NCBI GenBank assembly: GCA_030141605.1
Contig: JAQGDQ010000259.1
Location: 248,001 to 312,000 of the forward strand
Reading direction: 5' to 3'
Length of the DNA stretch: 64,000 nt
From: Tubiluchus corallicola
Lineage: Eukaryota; Animalia; Priapulida
Both the position numbers and the translations under genes were made by a program. The notes under the pieces are model-generated. The model saw nothing but the letters and a program-made list of their open reading frames with translations. It was not told where the DNA came from and ran no database searches. Below, piece by piece: positions 1 through 26,600 of the stretch (position 1 is its first letter; each line of letters begins with the position of its first letter).

Positions 1-446
1 TCAACCCAATTTGTTGCATTCAGCCCAATGCATAGGGTGCCGCAAAACACTACAACATGCTTATAGGCAAGGTTATAATATCCACCCACTCATCATTGAT
101 GACACTGGATGAACAGTAATAACATTGACAGTACCACAGTATTACTGGTAACTGTTCTTGTAGGAATTATTTATCATCATTATTAACAGTTAACAGCAAT
201 TTTGGTTCTAGCTAACAATGCAGTGCACTGCATGGCCTAGTGGAAATATTATACTATAAAAGTATAATAGACAGACTATGTCACTACTACTACTAGTACT
301 AGTAACGTGGACTGGTAATATTGTACATCATAACTTTTGCACACTGTCGACCAATTTACCTTAAATACTAAGACTAATAAATCTCAAAATACAATGTATA
401 CTGTAAGCAAATTAATTGCCAATGCACGTAAAACCAAAATACTAAC

Positions 447-665
447 CAACTCAGCGCCAACATCAAGCACGGCTAAACCAGACAAGAAATAAACTACGCC
501 TAAATCTCCTTCATGTTTTCGGCTTTTGGAAAATTCGTAAAGCATCTGCTTTGCTTCATTAACATTTACATTTAGTCTTCTAGCTAACCATTTGTATGTG
601 ACAATTCTATTTTGATCATTAATCCATTCGTCCAAATTTTCCATCCAAACACTCTTCTCAGCCAT
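447..665 (-). CDS. POLD3: DNA polymerase delta subunit 3 (p66/Cdc27), first coding exon; gene continues left of the window
   Basis: MAEKSVWMENLDEWINDQNRIVTYKWLARRLNVNVNEAKQMLYEF matches the CDC27/POLD3 N-terminal motif (IVTYKWLS..L.V.VN.AKQML). Phase-0 donor TTG|GTTAGT at 447/446. Confidence 0.93.
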
Positions 666-777
666 CTTTCCCGCGTGAACAGCGCATTATAAAAATTCAA
701 GTCGTGGATTCGCTAAAACTAGGATGGTTTTCATTTCAATATCATTTTCATTACATGCATCGGCTTAAGGCCTATTT

Positions 778-785
778 TCTCTCTC

Positions 786-829
<44 letters not shown>
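778..829. repeat. (CT)n microsatellite
   Basis: Near-perfect CT dinucleotide run seen directly. Confidence 0.95.
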
Positions 830-834
<5 letters not shown>

Positions 835-1054
835 CTTTTTGCGGAATAAAAAACTCATGTTTTATCACAATCTGCTAAACATTGATGATTGATGAAGGCT
901 TGCAAAAAATACTGATTGAACAAGAAAAGTGGAATCATAATTATGTTATATGCTGGTTCTCTGAAGTTCCAGAATTACTAGAACAATATCAAATTAAGGA
1001 TGTCGATGTAAGTATGATTGGAAAATTTAAATGAAAGAATTATTAAGTGTAAAC

Positions 1055-1172
<118 letters not shown>

Positions 1173-2275
1173 AGGCTGCGAGAAGTATAATTGAATCCTA
1201 GTTGGAGTAAGCTGTCTAGTAGGAAATTGTGATCGAGGCTGTTAAAAGCTTTACTTAGATCTAAAAATGCTGCTGTTATATATTTATTTTTATTTAAGTT
1301 GTAACGCCTCTTTTCAGTGGCATCAATTATTGTGTCTATTGTAGAACGTAGTTTTCTAAAACCGTATTGATGATTTGACAGTAACTTATTATTTTCAATG
1401 TAATGGTTTGTTTGGTTGTAGATAACTCTTTCAAATACTTTGGCTAGTACATGAACTACTGAAATTGGTCTGTAGTTTTATGTTGCAACTAAAAAGGAGT
1501 GTTGACAAGTTGAAAAAGTAGGTAGACAAAATGGCAAACTTGGATTCTTAAAAAGAGAGTGAGTTTGAGTGGCAATCTTAATTAGGAGTAAATTAGAGCA
1601 AGCAAATTTTAAATCTGAGATAAAATATGGTTGAAGCCAAATGTAATTTTTAAGGATTATATAAATGCAACTCGAAATGTAGTGTATGTAATAAAAAATG
1701 CAAAAAACAACAGAGCATTTATTTCTGTTAAAAAAACTCAGGATGTGGGGAGTGATATTAATGTAACAGATATTAAGGACACTTGTGTTGAAAAGGCGTA
1801 CAGAGAATTAGGTCAGATATTAGAATACAGGAAAACGATAAGTATTGGCACTTTTTGGCAAGAAGAGGTGACAAAAGGTAAGAGGTGACGGTTGATAAAC
1901 AAGATTTGCTGAACGAAACAAAGATGATCAAGTGATATGGAATGGAAACTGTGTTAAATTCTCTTGTTTCCCATTGCAGAGTGAAGAGGATGCTCGTTGA
2001 AGATATCGACGAAGAGGAGATCGTTAAAGCACCTGAAACATCATCTTTCTCTCTTTACACCAAATTCGGCTTTCAGGTCGAATGCGGAGAAATGGAACTC
2101 GGCTTTACTCAGGACCCAGTTTGGTCCTACAGTGTTTAGTGTAATTAGTCTATGTGGAAAAATAGTCTCATACAGACTATAATTTTAAAGTACATTTTTT
2201 GTGTCTTTTAAACGTATTGAATTTTAATTAGTCTGCGTCTGGAATAGAAATTAATAAAATCATTTTTGATTCACC

Positions 2276-2289
2276 CAATAGGTGGCGCT
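2276..2289 (+). promoter_or_regulatory. CTCF-like motif (CCAATAGGTGGCGC) about 95 bp upstream of the MTMR2 ATG
   Basis: AGGTGGCGC core resembles the bilaterian CTCF consensus; GC-rich word in very AT-rich context. Motif match only. Confidence 0.35.
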
Positions 2290-2381
2290 CAGCATTTTAA
2301 ACCAATATGTGCCATAGTGAAAGATTGCCTAAGGAATAATATAAAATATAAATTTGTTTTAATGTGGCATTTATTAAAAGT

Positions 2382-16136
<13,755 letters not shown>

Positions 16137-16637
16137 CTACAATCACTACAGACAGTTGTTTATTCATTTATTGTGAGTTATAGCAAGACCTCGCTTAGCA
16201 GCTGTGCTATCAGCAATGTTCATTCTAGCGATAGTGAACTTTTACCACCCTTCTTTCCACTTCAAAGAGCTGGATAATAGAAATGCTCAGATAGCTACAA
16301 TCACTACAGACAGTTGTTTATTTGTTTATTGTGAGTTGCAGCAAATCCTCTCTTAGCAGCTATGCTATTAGTGTTCGTTCTACCTATGGTGAATTTTTAC
16401 CACCCTTCTTTCCACTTATTGACAAATGATTCTTTGTAATAATGAATTTTTGCCTTGCATTAAGGACTGAAATTTTGTTTCTTGTGTTAACAATTTATAA
16501 AAATGATACTATTAACTAAATTTGAAGGTATGTTAATGCATCCTACTGATACATAAAATGGTATACATCTACATAACATCATTTATTACTTACTGTTGCA
16601 TAGAGTTCCATGCAGCTGTCTGATAAGATTCCACTAT

Positions 16638-17049
16638 CAGGGTTCCCACGGTCAGGGAAAATCCTTGAAAATATAGGCTATCCTGGAAAGTCATGGAAAA
16701 GTCAGAGAAAAGGTAATTTGCTAAAAGTCAGGGAAAATGATGAAAATAGGGCGAAAAGACAGGGAAATTGAAAAGGGTTGCAAAAATAATCGCCGTGAAC
16801 CGAAATTTTCCAAACATATTTTTCAGCGGTTTATGTTCAAATAAAATTTTGTTATTGCAGGTTCCCACTTTCGATTTCTGTTCCAAAAATAATGATTGGC
16901 CGACACATTATATATCAGTATATGCATGAATGTCCATACACAAAAATGTTTGAACATGTATACTGGTAATGCAATTTCTGCTTATCTTGGTCAGGGAACA
17001 GTTATGGAAAAGTTGGGGAAATTTATTTTAAAATTCTGTGGGAACTCTG
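16638..17049. mobile_element. Non-autonomous DNA transposon (hAT-like) with CAGGGTTCCCAC termini
   Basis: CAGGGTTCCCAC ... GTGGGAACTCTG; subterminal (T)CAGGGAAA repeats; possible 5-bp TSD ACTAT/ACTGT. Confidence 0.7.
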
Positions 17050-18421
17050 ACTGTGCAATATACAGTTTACATGTAAGATTTGTAGCTTCATTCAGCAATT
17101 TCCCTATTTATATTTGTTGCTGTTAGAATGATACTGTATTTTTCTCAGTGATTAAAATAGCTAGTGAAAAACAAGGTTGAAAATCCAAACATTAGAAATG
17201 AAAGTGCAAAGAACAGTTATTGCAATAGAACAATTTTAGATGTAAGCGAGGGTATGGTAGAAATAATCAGCAAACTTGTCACAGTGGACTGTGCACCTCA
17301 CTTGCTACATTGCTATAGCATCATTAAACGAGGGCTTGTGTGCAAGAAACTATAACATGCTTATTTGTTGTTGACAACCTAATGTGTATAATATATAATG
17401 GCAAAAATTCAGAAATTATATATACAATTTTGCATTTTACATGCAGATGTTAACGTACTCTTTTAGCAATCTTCTAGGTTTGTAGAGCATGTTTTGTTTC
17501 TGATTGTTACTGATAGTTAAATTAGCCTTAATTTATTCATTATAAAACAACTATGCCTTATAGATAACCAAATTGACCATTAACCCAGTGTATATAATTA
17601 TTGACCAGTATGTATTTGTTATTCACCTATCTGAAAATTGATGTGTGCAGCAACATACTGTTGTATTTATTTAATTTAACTTGCGATGGCTTGGAGGAAG
17701 AAATTTGTACAACACATTATGAACTTATATTTTGTGTTTCAGTTAAAAAATGGTTGAGATTAAACGTTAAAGGAAATGTCCAGTCTTAAGGGAAGTTAGG
17801 CTTATTTCTATGTTTGCCAAAAATATTAGGTGGATTTAGTAAAAAGTGTGATAAGCGCCTCATGTAAATAGCAAAATCACTTTACAGTAGCGATCATTCC
17901 ATGCTTGGGCACTCCAATTTTGAATGGCCATTCTTCCATTATGATCAGCTGAAGAAAAGCAGTGCACTGTCAATTTCTGTCAAAAGTATAATAGGTTTTT
18001 ACAAAAAAAGAGATTTAGAAAAAACTTTTACAATGCTACATGATAACAGTAAAATAAATCGAACACACTAAGTGATCTGTCTTTTCCCTTAAAAATGCTG
18101 TGTGTGGTTGCATCACGCTGTGAAGGAATAATCACCCAGTTGTTCACAAATTGTAAATAACAGCATTTGTAGATGTGAAGAGCCACCCAGTTTAGAAAAC
18201 AACAGCAGTACTGAGTATTTTATTATGTAAAGGAAAAACTTCTATAGATACAGTTTACAAAATGAAGCATCATACAGATTTTTTTTTAAAAAACGGTCTA
18301 TAATTTGTATAACGTCCAACACAATCACAACAATGACACGTATTCTGTAAAAGTTCAAATAATTTAAAGCAGTTTATTAAAGCTTTCACACGCTGAATGC
18401 GACAGTTGGAAGAAAGATATT

Positions 18422-21400
18422 CTAATCTTTTTTCTGAACAGAAAAGCGTAGGGATTTGCCACGATATGTCTCACCTGTTATTTTACCTGTCCCATCCAAT
18501 AACTCCTGAATTTCTGACAAGATATTTTTCTGCAAGAGAAAAATATTACTGAATTGTATGCACAAAGTTTTCATGGCATCTGTCATTTGGAAGGTCTAAA
18601 ACCCTGCTTGGACTATGTAGAATATACGAGACATGTCCTTTTTCTTTTCAAGGTTTTAATGAGTTGCCTGCTTGTACTCCTGTTTATACTATATGAGGAT
18701 TTGTGGACTTATTTTTCATTAAAAACACACTACCAGGGCACCCACATCCAATGAAAAATGCATGGTGAAGGCTGTGCCGTATTATCAGAATGTACAGGTC
18801 TCAAAAAATCTGTTTGGATCAGGTTTGTCCCTGGACAACTAGCAGTAACTGACTGATTGCCAACACAGTGATACCAACCAAATGAAAGCAACCTGTAAGG
18901 AGAATCATGATTGGGTGGGCATCTGCTGAACACCAGCTTTAGAAACTAGAACCTTCCCATTTCCAATTGTAGAAAAAAAAACTAGTTCAACATCCAAGTT
19001 CCGAACTAATTATCATAGCACACCTACATCAAAAATACTAAAGGGGGGACCACAACTATCTATAAGTTGATGACTTCATATAGTGATTCTCCAATATACC
19101 TTATCTATCAAAGCACTTCTTTTGGCCAGTGTTGCTAAACTATTGAAATTAGAATGTGTGCTTATAATTTTACTAACTAGAGGTTTTCCAATTTCCGAGA
19201 AATTACTACATGTACTAGTAGATGATTAAACAGCCAAAGTGACAATAATTTAAAATATAATTTGATATAAAGGAATGTGTAATAAAATATAAATATAATA
19301 TAAAGGAATGCATAACAGCTGTTTTATATAGGCAGCTACTGGAAAACAACCGAGCAAGCTAGACAATATAAACTTATACAGTATCCCAAAGCAGCAAACT
19401 TGCTGCTAGACAAAAGTCAATAAAATCTTAGCTGCATGCAAACAGTTAGTTTCACTTAAACTGGGAGAATGTACATATAAATGCATGCTGTATTGTATAA
19501 GATTAATTGAGCTCGCAATATTTATCAGGTAACACTTGCATCTGCTTAGAAAAAACAGCATATCGTGTATAAAGGTATATCATGCGACCATACTTGAATG
19601 TAGGTAGTCCGATCGACTACTGACAAAGTATATTTCAGTTCTCTAATGCAAAAAATGGTTGTCCTGGGCGTCTGCTCTCCGTAAACCAATTTTTCGAGCC
19701 CTGGTGTAGCAAAAGGATTGAGAATGTGTATACATTATGTTTATATTACAAAATTAATCTGGGTCCTGAACATGCACATCATCAGAGACAATACGAGCGG
19801 TAGTCTGCATATAAATTCAGTACACGCAGTCGTCTATGCAGCGTGACCATTTACATCAGATCCGGATCTTAAAATCCCAGGACGGGTAGAGGATTTAAGT
19901 CACTGTGGATTATGGCTGCAAGAAGAGCCATTTGATTTATGTATCAGTTTGATGATATTCTTAGAATGAGAATCATTAAAAGATGAGAAGCAAAATGCTG
20001 ACAAAGAGACAGCTGATATGTCATATACAGCCAAACCTCATTATAATTCCCCACCTTTAGAATGCCTAACTCTCATAATGCCAAGATTTTTGGCAAAACG
20101 AACTGTCTCTTTTTGCATAAACATATAAGCACCTCGTATAATGCCAAGTTCGCTTAATGCCGAGGTTTTTGCAGTCCCAAAGTGGGTGGTATAAAGAGGT
20201 TTGACTGTATTTAAGGGAAAGGAATTATGCTGTTAACATATAATAGATTATCACTAGTCAAATTGTATTCGTAACTGTAGTTAAAATTACGATTTAAAAA
20301 CAGAAACGTACCAACAAGGATTCATTTTCTTCATCTGATTTCACATGAACTTCAACATGATGTCCTTTCTCAAGCCATTTTGTTATTTTCTTTATCTGTG
20401 TCTCCATGTCATGTTTGCTTATTTTGCTAGAAAGTTGCAAAGTTTTATCTTTTTTATGGTCTTTCTTTACTTGCTGCCGTTTTAGCTGTTCTTTATGTAA
20501 CTCTTTGCCTGTCATGAGCTTGTAAATAGGATATGGCTGAGCATCAGACTGAATTAGCACTAATTTCATTGTTTCACTGTCTGCTTTTTCTCTTGCAGAC
20601 GACTTATCCATTACACCTAGCACTTTATCATCTGAATCTAATAAAGTGATTTTTCCACTGTTCACAGCAAGATGTTCAGTAACTTTGTGTGCTTTTCCTG
20701 AATATAAACTATAATTTAAGACTATGCTCTTGCGTGGAAATATCTTGAAGTGTGTCGTTGAGCTAATGGTTGAAAAGTGAGTAGGCCTGGGCTTGAAAGG
20801 AACTCTATGTATCTTTTTGGGGAGAAAACTATACATCTGCATACAGAATGCCTTTCTAAAAAATAAAAAAAAAACATTTACATGTAATTAATTTTGTAGT
20901 CATGTTTCAAACTGAATTAAAATATAGAACTCTAATACTAATATAAAACCAATGACCATGACACAAAAGTGGCAAATTTTTGTCGTAACTCCCTGTCAAC
21001 TAGACAATAAAGTCTAAAGAATGTTATGTTATATCCCTTATTTGGAGGTGGAAAAAATCAAGCTTTTAGTTTATTGAAGGACATAATGGTAAAAAGGAGT
21101 ATCACAAAGGTTTAACTTAAAATAAAACATGCAGTAAAGCAATAGAAGAATAACATAATGTTAAGCGTTGTGTAATGATTAAATAATCTGCTATTACTAC
21201 TAATACTAGTCTAATGCGCCTGCAGCTTATAAATTAGATATAATAATATTATGTTTGTGTAAAAAATATATGTTTGCATATTAGCAAGTTTAAACTAGCA
21301 GCCTAGAAGTGCAACAATTCGTTGTCACTCGCCCTGATATAAAAAGGAGTTAGGCACCGGACGGCTAGATGGATGTATCACTGAGAACAGGTTTGATTAT

Positions 21401-21497
21401 TAATGCCTCAAGCAACAAAACAATAATCCAAATGAAACGTATATTACTCTGTACACGAGGCGATGTGCTTCAAAGCGTTATAATACAAAACCTTCAT
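18422..21497 (-). CDS. MTIF3: Mitochondrial translation initiation factor IF-3, about 233 aa, 3 exons
   Basis: Exons 21448-21497, 20312-20855, 18422-18529 splice in frame. Basic presequence-like N-terminus, IF3-N (ITLLDSDDKVLGVM..A......MKLVLI....YPIYKLMTGKEL) and IF3-C (LQLSSKISKHDMETQIKKITKWLEKGHHVEV). Confidence 0.9.
20028..20207. mobile_element. MITE family A copy 2 (inverted relative to copy 1)
   Basis: TA|CAGCCAAACCTC...GAGGTTTGACTG|TA with ATAATGCCAA internal repeats. Confidence 0.75.
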
Positions 21498-21659
21498 CTT
21501 GTAAAACAGAAACCACAATAAATGTCACATTATGAAGTTACTAGAGGGAAGCGCTAAAAAGTAAAAAAACACTGATGCACACAGCTGCATTACATTCATT
21601 GCAGCCCTAGCGGGCACAAGTGCTAATGTACTTTGCTCCAGGCTCACTACATCGATAGA

Positions 21660-22432
21660 CCCATTGACAGAGGCAAACGAGGTCGCGCTATGGCGAACCA
21701 AGGGCCTAGACTAGGGTTATAAATATGGAAGTGGCATGTCTTTGCCAATCATGGCTGATAGCACTCCTGCTCCACCAGATCTCTTGAATGTTGTTTGATG
21801 TAATTGTGCAAGACATCTTGTTCAACTGTCCTGCCGAGCACATGGTTTGTACTGTGTTACAGCTTGTTACTATTGTCGCGGCAGCCTTGCCAAAACAAAG
21901 ATTGAGGAACTGATCGATGCTGTGTCTGACACTGATGACATAGATGATGACGTATAGAATATAAATGTATTTGTGCATGTTATGTGTTACGGACAACCGT
22001 AACCACAAATAAGCAATCATATACAGTTTTTTATCAGCTGGTAATACATTTGTGCCGACTTAAATGCCATCTAGTAGAGTTATTTTGACTTTAATGATGT
22101 GTTGGCGGTCATTTTGAATGACCTTGACTTTGAGTGACATTAAGACACTATTTTTCTGATCGATAAGCCATATATATGTTTATTTATATTAGCTGGTAAT
22201 GCATTTATGCCATCTGATATGCCACCTAGTTGAGTTATTTCGACTTTACTGGTGCATTGGTGGCCATTTTGAATTGAAAGCCCCATAATTTCCCCCCCCC
22301 ATGTTAATTTATGGGGAATTTTAATACATTGTGCTGTACGACTTTCTAGGTGTCTATGCAAAAATCAGCAACATAATTATTGTTTTTGTCGGGTCGAACG
22401 TCCCTTATTTTAACCAGAAAGCATTAGGGTCT
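21660..22432 (+). mobile_element. Decayed Academ-like (AcademX) DNA transposon 3' end with Cys-rich zinc-finger remnant
   Basis: Plus-strand frame reads ANEVALWRTKGLD*GYKYGSGMSLPIMADSTPAPPDLLNVV*CNCARHLVQLSCRAHGLYCVTACYYCRG..acidic tail, matching the WGW..PAP..LL..IRCNCK..CSCRK.GL.CT.AC..C.G pattern recalled for Academ-type proteins. Two in-frame stops. Confidence 0.6.
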
Positions 22433-23631
22433 CCTTGCGCCATAGCCCCATACCAAACAGTAAGGGATGTCATTAAAATACTTTCAATTACTGTTCGATA
22501 TAAACTCTTATCATAGCAGGGGCAATGTTAAATTATTTAAGTTGTCTTAAAAAAGTTTACACAACAGAGCCTCCCATTTAAGATTACCTGAATGTGTTAT
22601 TTCCAGAAATTTGAAATCTTTAACAATTTCTATGGCTGCATTATTAATAAGTAAAGGTACTTTTCCATCTGGATACTGGATACTGCAAAATCTACGATAC
22701 TGTCTATCTGAGTATCGTCATCATCTTTATTCTCTACTGTTCTTCATCAAATAATCGAAGTGGGCGCAGAGAAGGACCAAATTGACTTAAAGATTATACT
22801 TGTTGCCAGTGAGCGGAAATCCACTGGCGTCAAACTATACCACGAAAAAGCTTCTCAAAAGTGTAGCAGACGACTGTGCAGACTGCATGTTGTAATTTTT
22901 ACGATAATTTACCTGTTAAAAGTGAACAAGAATTTATTACGAAGGTACTTTGCGAAATTTGCAAGAGATTCCAGGCTAGTGTGTAATTTTTACTGTGTGG
23001 GCTAGTATAAAATAAATGATACTATTGATGGGCTAATTTTCGCTAAATTAAAAGGCAAACCTGTAGTGTTTGAGAAAATTTTCAGAAAAAGTGAAGTACG
23101 TAGTGGAACGGTCGACAAAGGTCCTTGGTGTGTTGTGTGTGTGTGTCTGGATTTTATTTTTGGTGACACAAACAAGAATGAAATCGGAAATCAATTTCGA
23201 AATATTTTTTATTTAAGCTCCCACCATTTGTTGTATATAATTTCTCCAGTATATGCTGTGTAGTTTGCTTTAGTTACACAGACAAAAACATTTCCTGATA
23301 TTGGAAATATTGTACAACACTGATGTTGGAGTTTTAAATAAATAAATATTCCGAAATAAATCTTTGTTAACAAGAGACGATGACTGTTCTTAATTATCCC
23401 GAAATTGTTCTTAATTTTATTCATCGAAAATATTTTGGTGAAACTACAGAAAACTAGTCGGGTTTGAATTTAGCAGAATACTTATGGTTAAAACTTAAAA
23501 CAGAATACAATTTAAACACCTTTTTGCAATCATATTTTGCAAAAAAAATAATGTAGTGAAGAGGAAAACACCAAGTAATAACAATATATTATTTTTCACA
23601 GATACTGCAAAAAAACAGCCTACCTAGCACG

Positions 23632-26600
23632 ATGTTCAGTAACTCTCCGCATTTATATTTTGTTGGAAAATCACAACTTTGTCGACTATGCCACATCAGT
23701 GCTGGTCCACCAGGATCACAAGAGCTACCGCAAGAAAAATTTAAGAGCCATCAGGGAATTGAGAAAACCACATATTCATCATCATATCAAGACTGTATTC
23801 TTAAATGCAGGTATGAGTTAAAACAAATCTAAGCGTAGTCATTTATATAAACAGTTACAATGGTAAATAATACCAAATAAGTGCCAAATATAATTAAGTG
23901 GGGTGAGGTAGTCTTTCTGTATTGTTTCTTTGAATCTCTATAAATTAAAGAACTACCCAGTTACTCCAGACAGTATCAGTCAACTGTACAGAATACTGTA
24001 ATTAGAATACAATTTATAACTTACTACCTTACAGTAAACTGCATGTTGAAAAGCACTAAATTTTGCTGTAGCTACATAAAGGGTACGTACGGCCGACTAA
24101 ATGAGTTTACTTCGTACACGGTCACATACGCTATCTAAAAAGAATGGGATTTTTAAACCTGCCAAATGAACAATGAATAATATTTTGATTTTGTTTACTG
24201 TTTGTTGTTTACTGTAGCTATTTTGTATTTGTTTTTGCAGAGAACTTATTTTTCTGGAATCAATGATCATTGCCACGCCTAATTATATGCATCCTGGAAA
24301 AATTGACATTGTCATGAAAGTACGAGTGACATTAGTTTTGCTCTTCATTTATAGTAATTCGGACATAGTATTGCAAACATGAGCCAGTACATTATATTGC
24401 TATTGATATAAGGAGAAGAAGACAGTGAGGAGGAGGAAGATAAAGAAGGCGACAGTTTTTATATGTAGTTCAACGTACTACTGTCACTGTAAATTTTGTC
24501 CAGTACTAAATGCAAAGTAAACTATTTTTGATCTTTTGCGGGACCACAAGTGTGCAACATGATTTATTGTAATTAAATCAAGAGTAATGTGAGAGATTAT
24601 CACTTATCTTTTAACATGAGGACTAGTGATAGACATGTTTAGATGCACGTAGAATTTTCATTGGCAGACAGTGAAAGAAACCAGTGAGTTTTCTTTGGTC
24701 AGACACACACTAGTGGACAACTTAGCTGCCCTCTTTACCCCTTGACTTAGCTGCTCTTTTTGGTTTGGCCTTTGGCTTAACTATTCTCTTCAGTCCTTAA
24801 TAGAACTCTGAAGAGTTGGCAAGCAAACTTCGGCTTGTAATATTCAAAATTGGACAGACTTTGGTGAGTGAGCAGTGAATTCAGGTTGTGCACGATTAAA
24901 AGTGCAAGAACTAAAACAAAATAATTTAAGCATATACAAAACACAGATGCAGTCAAGCATGCATAGTCAGCGGCAGCTGAATAGTTGGACAGTTGGACAG
25001 TCAGACAAGTGCATTTCATCTGGCAATGGTAGATGTAGAATTGTTGGTTGGACAGTTTTGAAAAAGTTTGTGAAGTCTGAATGCTAGGCATTTTAGGCTT
25101 GAACGCTATTATATTATTATGTAGTTTACTCGTAATAAAATTTTAGCGCAAGAATTTTTGAGCAATTTATACAAAAATATTGCGATATCCGACTTTCTGT
25201 TTCAATAATAGCAATATCAAATTTTTGTACAGTTCGAGGTGTCTTATACTTATGAAGTAGATAGAAGCAATCAAGTAAGTTCCATGAATAGGTTTAGTTG
25301 CACTTTTTTATTAAATTCCTCAAATTATTTGGGTAAATTTTCAAGTCAAGTACTTGTAATAGATCAGTAAACCTAGGCCTTGATAAGAAATTTAGCTTAT
25401 TTTATGATAAGAAAGATAGCTTATTTTATGAATTTCTTACAAGTAAATTTGTATGCACTTTAGGAGGAATACTTCAAAAGTGGGAGAATACAGACACACT
25501 TGCAACGATTAAAACTTGAGGTGAGCTTGGTTGACAATTATAGTTATTAAGCTAATTTCTGTGTCATTACCATCTTGCTAGATAAGTTCTTCATAAAAGA
25601 AAAAGCAGGAAACAGATAAGCATGAAAATAAAAACACACAAGTTCATGTTTCCATTATTTGTCCTTGCATTATTTGCATTAAACATGATGCATTAACATT
25701 GCATGAGCTTATGAATTTGTGAGTATTTTGCTTCATAATGTGGTTGTCCAGTGACCTTTTGTGTGTTACATTTTTAACTTGAGTACAGGTGGAATCACTA
25801 ATTAGCAGAGAGTCGAATTAAGGGGCAATGAGTATCATATATATGTGTAAAATCCCTTAACGCGTCACCTTTTTAAACTTCATAGCATGCATCATTTTTA
25901 ACAGTACATGAAAACATTTTGTGGCATTTACGTTAGATTATACTGATTTAACTTTGCACATTTATTTTCACATTTCTTTAGTAATTTGAAAGTTATAGTA
26001 CAGTATTGAAACTACAGTGTAGAAAATTACAATGTAAAAAGCTGTCTTCAACTTACAATTATTGTACTGCAAGTACCCAACTTTGTAGTGGAAACGTTAT
26101 ACTTTTATAGTGCAAATTTTATATAGTTTTATATTACAGTATTTGGTGCAAGTGGAGATAGTAGCACATACACATGTAATTAAGTAGTAACAGAGAGTGT
26201 GTAGATAGGGCTTAGATAGGCAAGTACAGGCATAGGAGTAGATTATATCATTCCTCCATGGGTTTATATTGTAGTACAATGTTAAAAAGAAGGCTGGCTT
26301 GTTAGAACTAGAAGCTTCCACGCTAATTTAGCCTTTTAGCCCTAAAATGAGATGTCTTCTCTCTGTCAGGAAGGCATGGTCTGGCCGAGTGTTACGGAAT
26401 GCCAATCCAGGAATTCCGGGTTCAAACCTCAGCCATGCCAGAATTCTGAGCCATTTACCACTGCTAACAGGACTAGGCCTACTGGGCCTTATTTAGCCTT
26501 AACTGAGTACCTGGTTGTGTAATGGGCAAGGAAAAGCAAGCCACACAGACTCCTTGTGTGCCGAAGTTAGATGGCTATGCAAAATAATGCTACATACATC

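Noticed and set aside
1631-1888. 85-aa ORF as a stand-alone gene
   Set aside because: Non-ATG start, no recognisable family, and no frame-consistent join to nearby splice sites.
18554-19150. Coding ORFs or identifiable LINE in MTIF3 intron 2
   Set aside because: Composition looks TE-like but no diagnostic motif could be read.
26373-26440. Functional tRNA gene
   Set aside because: A and B boxes are present but there is no intact anticodon arm or T-run terminator; fits a SINE head.
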